A stretch of DNA of 64,000 nucleotides from positions 40,858,001 through 40,922,000 of the forward strand of contig CM060731.1 in the NCBI GenBank assembly GCA_030704615.1. Reading direction: 5' to 3'. This DNA comes from Takakia lepidozioides (taxonomy: Eukaryota > Plantae > Bryophyta). The first letter of the stretch is position 1; every line of letters begins with the position of its first letter. Positions 26,701 through 36,634 of this stretch are shown one piece after another. The notes under the pieces are model-generated. The model did no database searches, was not told where the DNA came from, and saw only the letters and a list, made by a program, of their open reading frames with translations. The position numbers were made by a program, and so were the translations under genes.

Positions 26701-27547
26701 CCAACATTTCATCAGTGGACACTTGATTTGTACCAATGGGTGTTTCCATTGGTGTGAAGGTGCTGGTGTGCTCAAGGGATGGCAATGTCTACAGTGTAAG
26801 CCTGGTACTGTCCATCATAATACCATGTGTGTGGAGCTTTGCCTCAATGTGTTCCTGTGGATGCATGCAAGGATTGCTTATGCTATTGGAAAGTATGTAG
26901 TTCCTTTCCACCCACTGGGTACGTTTGGACAAATTGGTGGGTGCAGCAGGAGGGAAAGGTCTTGTGGAAGTATGAGGTTGGCGAACCAATCGCATCATCA
27001 GCCTGGGTTGACGAGAGTCTTATATTGGCCCAAGCCGACAATCGAACAAGCAGGTGACATGCAGCTCATGGTCGTCGGATCTAGTCTGGGAAATTCTTGT
27101 CTCCATATGAGATCTGATGGGAGCTGTGGAATTGGCAGATTTGTGTGCGTCGCAAGTACGTCAGGGACAGTGCATGTCTTAAGTGTGGAGACAATGTCAG
27201 AGACGGATGCCAACTCTACAAAGAATGATGTGGATCTCAATCTTGGAGGGAGGGGAGGCCTCATTACAGAGGCACTAAAAAACAAGAGCAGCAACCTAAG
27301 CCTTGGTGATGGGGCTGGCATTGAGGAGTCAAGTTCTAGGAAAAACTGCGATACTGCAAATCACGAGATTGCTCGCTTGAAGCTTCCCGGGGATGTGTTT
27401 TCATCACCAATCATGGTTGGAGGCCGCATTTTCGTTGGCTGCCGTGATAACCATTTGTATAGCATTGATCTTATGATGGGTGGAATGCAAGTGACAGAAG
27501 CTTCCCTTCACAAATGCGGTGATAAGCATGCGGTAAAAAGAAGATAG
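17749..27547 (+). CDS. AAE19: Acyl-activating enzyme 19-like / AASDH (ACSF4)-like NRPS-type protein: adenylation domain, phosphopantetheine carrier and PQQ-like beta-propeller
   Basis: N-terminus PCCLVHAFFDVAARRP.QISIIHAS. A-domain motifs LKAGGAFFPLDPSWP, YVLYTSGSSGIPKGVC, LNLYGSTE, GELWVGGVGVAHGY, FKTGDR, GRIDRQIKIRGHRI and LTASGKVNY. Carrier motif DNFFAVGGTSISAAH. Propeller repeats WKVSLQSCVDASPL, LGGRVESTAAV, GPIFAG and GDVFSSPIMVGGRIFVGCRDNHLYSI. GT-AG exons traceable throughout. Confidence 0.93.
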
Positions 27548-29106
27548 CAATCAGAGAATTGCAATGAGAGTTGAAGTCCATGAGAGTTGGTAGAGGGCAA
27601 ACTCACTCAGAAGATCAGTGATGAAGCCACAGAGCTCGAGTTGTACATGTGTCCAAGAATACACCACAGCTCCTCCTGCCTGGATATTATGGAAAACCTT
27701 CTTGTCTTGCAAACTGAAATGGATACGGGTAGGTTTACTTGGTGGCCTTTGTATCTTTGTCTGCGTTCTTCATACACTCTCAAGTGATAAAGAACCTCAG
27801 TTGGAGGCCAGTCTGGGTCAGTAGTTGTGCTGTATTCCTGGCAATAGGACCACACCTAATCTGATGCTCTACATATAAGGCCTGTTCTGACTTCAAGGTC
27901 TTGGTCTTGCATGGACACTTGATGATTATGAGTATTTATGGAAGCACCGTCTTGTTGATAGGATCTGTGCAGTACTGCAAGTCTTTGGGATCAGTGCAGG
28001 AGCTTGGGTGTGTCAGGAAGACAAAACAATGCATTGCAAATGGCGTGATGCTCACACTTCGGGCCTTCTTTCCCCCCTCTTTTTTTCCTTTTTATTTTCT
28101 TTTTCTTCTTGTTTGGAGGAATAGTACTCGAGGTTAGTACTGTCTGTCAACCTGTGTGTACATTGCTTGGGACTTGTGTATGATGGGTTGTGATACGGTC
28201 GAGACAGATCGCCAATTGCTGGCGAGAAGATCGGACAATCGTGAGAGTCGATGAGACGCATTTCCTTGAAAGCCATTCTAAGTATCGATTCGCGCTTCAC
28301 GGCCCACATGTTTGTTTGTGCGTGAGTCTGTTTACGCCAGAAGCTATTTTTGGAGGAGTTATGTTACCGAGGACATTGGAAGCGACAAACTCCGGAGATG
28401 GTTTTGGTTAACTTACTTACAACATGGAACCAGTAATCTATCTGCTTTGTTTGGGATCCTCTGTTTACTGACTTCAGAATCGAAGGTCTGATGATCCAGG
28501 CGAGCAGTCACTCCGCACAGGGTCAAGCGGATACCATTTGCATCCACATGGAAAGTTTCAGTCTCCCCGAGGAAGATGAAGTTTGATTATTGATAGTGCT
28601 CATTGGATCAGTGTGATCAGACCTGTCGGACTAAATTTGACCATAGTTGATAACACATCCAAGAGCAAATTACCGTCCCTGCACAACCGTTTAGGCATTT
28701 TTGCGCCTAATAGTAAAATCAATCAATCAGAAAATTAATTTCTCAAATTAATTAATTTTTTAGAATTAGGCACATGAGAAGAGAAAACATTTATTTTCTT
28801 AAGAATAAAATTACAAAATAGATACCCGATCCTTCCAGCTCGAGCTACCTTTCATTTCCTTTGAAACCCTAAAAAAGCCCCTCTTTGTTGTACCCGGTGC
28901 TCCAAGGTTCAAGATGGTACAGGCAAGCTCTCCCTTCGCTTTCACACTTTAGGTGAGTCCAATATTGATAGTCCACACTAGCGTAGGCACGTTGGTGCAG
29001 GGCTTTGGTACATTGGAACTAGAGGTTCTTTGATTGTAGGATTTTGTAAAAACCGGAACTAGAGGTTATAAAAGAAATCAAATAACCGCCCAACACTGGT
29101 AGGCAC

Positions 29107-29872
29107 CAGTGTTGGGCGGTTCTTGCATTTGTGAAGGAACCTTCGGTTCCGGTTCCACAATTATTTCAAGAGACAGTTCCGGATCCAACTTTTAAACATG
29201 GGGGCGGTTCCGGTTACCGGTTAGTTGCTGATAAAAACCATCTGTTCCGGTTAGGTTCCGGTTCTATTTTAAAAATATATTTGTTAATTTATTAGATTTA
29301 AAATATTTTATCAGTCCGGTAGATTAAATAGCAGTGTATTCACATATTTGAACTAAAATCCAACGATTTTGTTAGTTTTCCCTAACACAAAAAAACAAAC
29401 AAAAATACTCTAAATAAACTGGTAGAAGAAAATGGGTAAAATTTTATGGGTTGAAAGTACTATTCAGCTACCTGGCAAGTATTGGCATCTTCAAACATTT
29501 GTTATTAATGAACTTAGCCAGGATATCATGGAGCTGGAGATTGAACCCAAGATCTCATGGCGCTGAAGCATTGAACATAGAATCTCATGGCCTTCAAGCA
29601 TTGAACCCAGGATCTCAGGAGCTTGAGAGCATTAAATAAGTTTTTCCCTGGGCCCACCAGCCCCACCAAGGGGTCAAGAACGGGAACCTGTTTTGACTCC
29701 GTGTGCCCGGGTTCTCCGGTTCTCACACCCAGCAGGAACCGCCGGTTCGGTTCTGCGCCGATCCCCAATTGGCAGGTTCCAGTTCCGGGTCAGGTTCTGT
29801 AGGAATGGCCCGGTTAACCTGAACCTGAACCGGCGGTTAACCTGGGTCCCGGCTGGTAACCGCCCAACACTG
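29107..29872. mobile_element. hAT-type MITE, 766 bp
   Basis: 15-bp perfect TIRs CAGTGTTGGGCGGTT / AACCGCCCAACACTG; 8-bp TSD GTAGGCAC (29099-29106 and 29873-29880); subterminal CCGGTT/AACCGG motifs. Confidence 0.92.
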
Positions 29873-30235
29873 GTAGGCACGCTGGTTTAGGGCTTTGATA
29901 CATTGGTCATTGGGTACACTGGTTTTCATATTGGTATGCTGGTGCATGGTGAAGCCTCTTACATAATATAATGGTACTCTTGAGTTGTGGTAGGCCGGTA
30001 GGCTAGATATTTCGGCACGCATATATTTGTATTGATTTTTGTTCAAAGAAATTTTGATCTTATTACAAACAACATAAGAAAAGGCTTGGCAAGTTTATTG
30101 GTGGAATTTTTCGGCCACATTAGGCACTTTGGTCCCATAAATTCCCAACAATTAGGCCAAAATCTGAAAAATTCACAGAATCGATTACGCACTTTCATTT
30201 TGAATCAATTATCGCCTAAACGGTTGTCCAGGGAC

Positions 30236-30513
30236 AGGTGTTTTTTTTTTTTGGCAAAAAATCGCCAAATTGGCGACCTCAAAACATTAAAATGGAATAT
30301 TCTGTCGTAAATTCCCAATTTTTCATGGATGAAATCGCCAAACTTCTACAAGGAAAAAAAAAAAAAGGATGAATTTGCCAAATGTGGATGATATAAATGG
30401 ATGAAAGTACATAGGAGGATGATTCTATCCAAATTTTGAATGGATGAACAGAATATATAGCTATTTCTTGTAGCCACTCGTGCTATTTTTCAAATTTAAG
30501 AAAAAAATCAGTG
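30236..30513. mobile_element. Degenerate hAT-type MITE inserted in the right TIR of the Tc1/mariner-like element
   Basis: 8-bp TSD CCAGGGAC (30228-30235 and 30514-30521); decayed termini AGGTGTTTTTTT ... AAAAAAATCAGTG; internal ATGGATGA and TCGCCAAA motifs. Confidence 0.7.
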
Positions 30514-31684
30514 CCAGGGACGGTATAGTCCAGCCCAGGAAGGAATTGTTTGCCTAGGTGAAGGAGGAGGAGGTAGCTGGTGATGCTCCACTGGAAATTC
30601 GTGTACTTAAGGCTTCAGACAACAGCGGAGTAATAAAGTCTTGTTTGGTGTACTTTGGGCAGTAATGGCGGCATATCCCTTTACAGATTTGTGCGCACGG
30701 TCAACAGTATACACCAGTGCATGGCTGCTTGAGGCTGGGCAATCCTCCGATGCATGCACTTAGTTATGATCCGGAAAAAGGAAAGGAGGAAACAAGGAAA
30801 AATGACATCGGGGCTAAAGCCATACAGTTACACACATTCCGAGAGATGGGCCCAGACCAGCCACCGAGGACAAGCTGAATCCTCATACGACGGAGTCCAC
30901 AGGGAAAACAGCCTGCTTGGCGAAGTACCTTATCTGGAAAGAAATGTCAGTAGAACTAGCTTGATAACCAAGATGGAGCCAGCCGGCTTACTTTCAAGCC
31001 AGTACACATGAGAGAGGGGAAAACAAACTATCCCTAGAATCCTGATAGCAAGTAGGTTACCAGTTCCTTCGTTTTTGCTGAAGAGGAAGCAACGGGAAGC
31101 TCAATACACAACCTGCCATTCCTTCCTGCATCTTTGTATAGCTATGCGAGGGGGAGAGAGAGGGAGAGGTCTGGAAGTGTTGAAGGCAGGAATCCAGGAC
31201 TGCCCTGGGCAAATCCTTAAGAAAGAATGGTTGTGGCTTTGGCCATTCTGTCAATCCATCGAAGATCAAGCCTCAGGGATTGTAGAGAAGAAACTTGTAA
31301 GTTACAAGGTCAAAGATTGGTATGCATGATGCTGGCGTGTAGGCGATCAGCTCCAGAGGCAGGACGGAATATTACATGGCCAGCATCCAACTATGTGGTA
31401 CACAAAACGCAGAATTTCACCCAGATGATCAGATCACGGACCCACAATCCCCCAAACATAAGCATCTCAGGGATGTCTTGCATCTCTCATGTTGGTACAC
31501 CCCTTTTAGGGTATACAATCCTGTTTGACATGTAAATTTCATAGTTAGTAACTATACATTGTCCAGATGATAACATGTATTGCTAATGGCACATCTCTGT
31601 GGAAGGTATCGTGATGTGCCTGTGCAGTGAGTCTCTGTTCCCCTATAGCTCATTCCTCTAGAAGGGTCAGGATTTTATGCAGAG

Positions 31685-33355
31685 TCATCTTTTCACAGTA
31701 TGCCCATCTAGGACAATCTCAAACAAGTCTGATTCGGCCTCTGATAGGACATGGCGATGCTGCAATTCCTGAGAATTGATGAATTCGAGTTCTGTCAACC
31801 ACTGAGAATCTATTCTGCCCATTGAGAAGAGATCACCACTATCATCATATAATCCATTCTTTGTCGACCTTGAAGGCAGCAGACGACAACTTGGATTGGC
31901 AACTCGTCCACTATTGGCAGGCACAAACTCAAAGGCGCTTTGGCCCAGATTTACCAAAATTGTCACATCATAGTTGCTAGCAATTGTGGGATACAGGGGA
32001 TTACTGAAGTCCGCACTTCCTAGTGTGGCCTCATGCACGAGTTCGCCATTCAAAGTGAAATAAACCTTCTTCACTCGAGGATCGAATCCACATCCTACTG
32101 TAGACTTCACTGCTCCCCACGATCTGCTGCTCAAAAGCACATTCTGGCCAGCATCCAGATGAGGTGCACCTGAAATGAGCACCAGTCTTCACATCAGTTG
32201 CCAAAGAAAGGGCCTTCCCTTTCCAGATTCATATATATGCACAGGTGTTTCACCTTTTTCGATATGTTAGAAGCCAGACATATATGTATGCGACTCGGGG
32301 GAACAGAAAAGGAAACTTGTCAGTACACAACCCCGGCAACATGAAGAGGAGAGGTACAAGTACTGACCATCGACATAGCAATGCCCATCGGCAGAAAGGA
32401 AACCAACAGATCCTGGATCAAATCCAGGAAGCCTGAAAGGCGGTGCATCCGAACCTGCTAGGCCCACCGAGAGCAATTCATCCCAATCGATCTGATCGGC
32501 CCTGTCAAAGAGGGACACACCTTCTACCACATCTGGTGCACCACCTTCACCCAATTGCACTTGTTTCTCTCCAACCTCGTCTCCATTAGATACTGTTCTT
32601 GGAAGACTCGTGGGGTCAGCTTTTCCTTGAGACTCAATGTCAAGCTTACCTCCTAGCCCATCACTGCCGAAGTCAGTAAATGTCTGAGGCCTGACAAATC
32701 GGTCAGACGGTAAGCCTTTACCAATGAGCTTCATGTGCTCACTTCCAGCTAAGGAGCTGTGTCCAGAACTGTGATCATTCCTCGCAGCCACTATAGTCAC
32801 TTCAAAATAGGCGCCTTGGGGATACGGGCAAGGTCCAAGCAGAGGTCCGGGAAGGGGCAAAGCTGACTGCAGCGCTTGCACTGGCAAAACGCAACCATCC
32901 TTGTTGGGTCGGACGCCAGGATTGAGCCGAATCTGCTGCATGAAATCGCCCCCGCCACCAACAGTCCAAGTCACTTCGGGCTCCAGAAACTCCATGCTCG
33001 CGCACTTGGTGCACAAATCCCACATTTGCTGCACAGGCCCAGCAAACGATCCCACAACTGAGGTATTGTACGAGAAGGAAAAAGCAGCCCACCCATGCTC
33101 CACGGCCGTGACAACATGCGACGGATTCTCACTCCATCGAAACGCCCTCATCGGCATTGTGCACCTCCACACGCTGGCCATCTTCTCACTCCGCTTCACC
33201 GCAGCCTCCCTCCGATTCGCCTCCTGCGGCACACTCCCCGCAGCTCGCCTCATCAACCACAGCTTCCTCGCATACCCCAGCACCACCAGCACCACCAACA
33301 ACGCTGGGAATGCCGCAGCTATGCCCAGCAATGTCTCCGCCCATGCCTCCCCCAT
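31685..33355 (-). CDS. Single-pass transmembrane SPRY/B30.2-domain protein (plant family, Ssh4/Ear1-like architecture), 2 exons
   Basis: N-terminal TM helix LLGIAAAFPALLVVLVVLGYA; family motif FRWSENPSHVVTAVEHGWAAFSF; SPRY motifs PLPGP..YFEVTI, FRLPGFDPGSVGF, TVGCGFDP..KKVYFTLNGELV and LYPTIASNYDVTILVNLGQSAF. Exons are about 32368-33355 and 31685-32169, with a phase-1 GT-AG intron. Confidence 0.88.
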
Positions 33356-36301
33356 CCCTCCTTCATCACCACTCCCCCTTCCCCGACCCCTCCTTCCATT
33401 CCCGCATCCCTCCCCCCTCCTCCTCCTCCTCCACCATCAAGCAAGGTATGCACAGCCTCTCTTCCCTCGAGGCGAACAAAGACGCTTCTATGGCTAGAAG
33501 ACTAAGCTTCACAATGGTCTCTTCAACGACCTTTCTCCTCCTCCTTCTCCTCCTCCACCAAAACCAAACCTTCGTAGCAAGCAAGGCAAGCAAGCAAGGC
33601 ATGCACAGCCTCTTCTTCTCTGTCTCTCTCTCTCTCTCTCTCTGTCTGGCAGCTCTCTGCAGCTGCGTGCTGATTATCGTGGCGCTGCCCCTTGCCACCC
33701 TTTCTCTTCCGTCCTTCTTCATCCATCTCTCAAGGACCTTCATGCATCCCTTCAGCTGTATGTCATCCCTATTTCAGCGATGGATGGATGACAAACATGG
33801 GTCCATGGATGGTTAATTCCATTGGGTCAGAGGAGCATTGAAGGAGTGGGATCTGGTGTCGGGATGGATGACCAGAATCTTGTTTCTCACCCACCCGTTT
33901 TACGTGCATGATTTTTGTCGGAACACCAAAATATTATTTCCGGGGGGGCCGTCGGGAGTCCGGACGGTCAAATTCCGTCGTCTGCCAGGCAAGATGCTGC
34001 CGGTGTGGGCAAATAATGGAGGAGGGACAGCGGGGTGGCTTGCAGAGCAGGCGTTATGGACGTATGAGCGGCGACCGATGGCTAGCCGGAGTGAGTAAGT
34101 AGCCTGCTCGCAGACGACCACAGCTTGCTGCGTATGGGACCCCACGCTCCCCGATGAGAAGGACAGATACGTTGGTGAGTGTGTTACCATCTTTCACTGG
34201 CCGCAAGTTGCCCCTTCACATACCCTGCCTTGCAGGTAACCACTGGCTGTTTCAGCATAACTATGGTAATCGTCTTCATCAGCCTTGGGAAGTCGTATAT
34301 GTTTCGCATTTTGTTTCTAGTTTTGAGGTCTTGAAAGTTGCGTGAGTTCCATGATGGTGACCGGTAGTGGTTGTTGAAGGAAAAGAAGATGGAAGAGTTT
34401 TCAAGTGCGGTAGAAGGTGGAGTTTCTCATGTTTTCCCGATCATGCCGAAGGTATTTGAAAACAGCGCTGTTTTTTTGGGTGTGGCGTCTTTTTGGGATA
34501 TGGCGCGGGGAAAGCAGAGCAATGAAGCGAGGCCCGAGGTGTTGGAAAGAGCAGTGTGCGGGCTGTATCATCTGATAGGAATCCCGCGCATGGGGGGTGC
34601 AGCGCGGGCTCATTGAAAGTTCGTGGTTGCAAGCACATCTTTGCCATTTCTTATACTCATCTGCGCAGGTATCTTCACATGCAAACGGGAGACGTTAGTA
34701 TAGTGAAAGTGTATATTATATTAAAAGAGACAACTGGTAAATTTTCTCGGTTTCGAATTGTGGATGGCAGTGAGGGGATTTGTGTGCGCTAGGGAGAACT
34801 TGAGAACAGTTAATACTGAACCAGGTAGCCTGTTTTCTTGGTCTCCCCCTCAGCTTATACTTGTGTGAAAAGGTTTTTGATGGGAAACTCGGTGTTCAGA
34901 AGGATAACTGGTGGTCACAAACGGTGTGTGTGCCTGAGGAACTACACGACCTTCATGAAAATCCCTCACACTCGTTCTTTGGTTTCTTGAAAAATGTGAT
35001 AATGAGCGTCGACCGGTTTGCCACTTTCGATGACTGACCTACGACCAACAAAGTTGAAAACTAATCATATACATGTGGGGAAAATAGTTCATTTACAAGT
35101 GGTGATTACACACTCGCCAAGCGGCTTAGTAAGACCTTGACTTATCATATGATTGATACATATGACAGTCCTTCTGACAGAGAACTTTAAAAGGAGGCTA
35201 GTTGATTCTCTGAGAACGTCCCTTGTTTTAGGATGCTTCACTGTGTTGTAATAAGCTTTCTCCAGGAGTGAGAAGATGCCATACTATGCACAATGCTCTT
35301 TAGACATGACTCTGGTCGGTTGGGGAAAAAAATAAACTTCGGATGTGTATGTATCAAGTTTGAGCAGGGCAGTGAATAGGATAGTCTTGATCTATTTCGC
35401 ACAACCTGATTTTGGCGGACTGCGATTGCCGACATCAGTAACTCCACCTATTCGTGATGAAGGAGATGTGTTTCCATGCTGCCTGAAGTCTCTGTCGGTT
35501 TGCAATGGTGACGGGATGGTGCAGAATACCTTAGTCATGCTCCTGTCATTCAGCTTTGACTTGCCATTATGTCATACAAGGTCCTTCTCATGAAACCTTG
35601 TTGGAGCAAATGCAGGGATGAAATTGAGCTGACTCGGACCGGAAGAGCAAATGAAGCTGAGGTGGAATCTGTGGGGACTCGAAATGCAAGTGACACATGA
35701 TCAGGTATTACTTTGTCTAAACGGGAAATCATGACTTACGAAATGTAGATGACACGACCATTTTTCTTCTCTTCACGGTGTCAGCTTAGTCTATAGGAGT
35801 CTCACAAAATTTGTCTATGGTTATTTCAGGTATTTCAGAGATGGAGAGGCCTCTGCTGTCTGAATTCCAAGCAGTGTTTTCTCACGAACTCCCTGCTATC
35901 TCAGTACGCACTTGACAAGTTCAGCAGTCTTATATTAAGCTGCTTGAAGTGTGTCCCATTTCCTTCCTTCTCACAAAGCCTTTTAATCACACAATTTCGG
36001 TAAGACGGGGCGGCTGTTTGCACTAAACCAAGTATTGCCTGTTGATGATGTGATTGCTCGCAGGCTGGTGCCAAACGTGCATCTGCGTGAACGAGACTAA
36101 GGCATCCAGACGAATAAAAATGCGAACTACACACAACTGAAGCTAGTAATGGCAATGAACGCATCCTATTTTACACAAGCAAATATGGCCAGAGGTGCAT
36201 GGCGTCATATATCTGCAGCCTTGCGAGGCTGCGAAGCCTAATGTTGACCTAATTACAGCTAGATTGAAGATGTACAAGGATGTTTAAAACAAAGAAAGAT
36301 C

Positions 36302-36634
36302 TGTTGGAGGTGTCAAGGCTATAGCCCTTGCAGAACCGGGTGGGTAGCTCAGGGGTAGAGCACCCCACCGGAATGGGAGAGGTCCTAGGTTCAATCCCTA
36401 GCCTGACCACACGCCAGTGGTTTTTCAACATGGTATCAGAGCCAAGGTTGGGGCGCTGGTCAGCATCAGCTATAAGGGCTATGCTTTGAGGGGAAGTGTT
36501 GGAGGTGTCAAGGCTATAGCCCTTGCAGGGCACTCTGAGATCAGAAGGGGACTTAGTGATAGAGCACCCCACCGGAACGGGGGAGGTCCTAGGTTCAATC
36601 CCTAGCCCGATCACACGCCAGTGCCTTTCCAACA
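36302..36634 (+). mobile_element. TRIM (miniature non-autonomous LTR retrotransposon) with tRNA-derived LTRs
   Basis: LTR1 36302-36430 and LTR2 36497-36634, both TGTTGG...CAACA; PBS TGGTATCAGAGCCA (36431-36444, tRNA-iMet type); PPT GAGGGGAAG (36488-36496); 5-bp TSD AGATC (36297-36301 and 36635-36639). Confidence 0.93.
36338..36409 (+). ncRNA. tRNA-like Pol III cassette inside TRIM LTR1 (not a functional tRNA)
   Basis: 72-nt cloverleaf layout: D-arm GCTC-AGGGGTA-GAGC (A box), variable loop AGGTC, perfect T-arm CTAGG-TTCAATC-CCTAG (B box GGTTCAATCCC, 36388-36398). Acceptor and anticodon stems are imperfect and U33 is absent. Confidence 0.75.

Larger units (their letters stand above)
28673..30523. 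mobile_element. Non-autonomous Tc1/mariner-like DNA transposon (TA TSD) hosting nested hAT MITEs
   Basis: Left end TA|CCGTCCCTGCACAACCGTTTAGGC (28671-28696). Right end GCCTAAACGGTTGTCCAGGGAC (30214-30235) continues as GG|TA (30522-30525) once the nested insert and one TSD copy are removed, giving a 23/24 TIR match. Confidence 0.8.

Noticed and set aside
4701-27547. Aconitase next to an 'aminoadipate-semialdehyde dehydrogenase-like' gene as a fungal-type lysine biosynthesis cluster
   Set aside because: The aconitase is a standard AcnA/IRP-type enzyme, not homoaconitase, and AAE19 ends in a PQQ-like propeller rather than the Lys2 reductase domain. The adjacency is probably coincidental.
33095-33816. 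Long plus-strand ORFs antisense to the SPRY gene
   Set aside because: Low-complexity shadows of a GC-rich first exon and microsatellite-rich leader.
36338-36409. Genuine tRNA gene (apparent GGA anticodon)
   Set aside because: Acceptor and anticodon stems are mismatched, U33 is absent, there is no long variable arm as expected for tRNA-Ser, and it is embedded in both LTRs of a TRIM.
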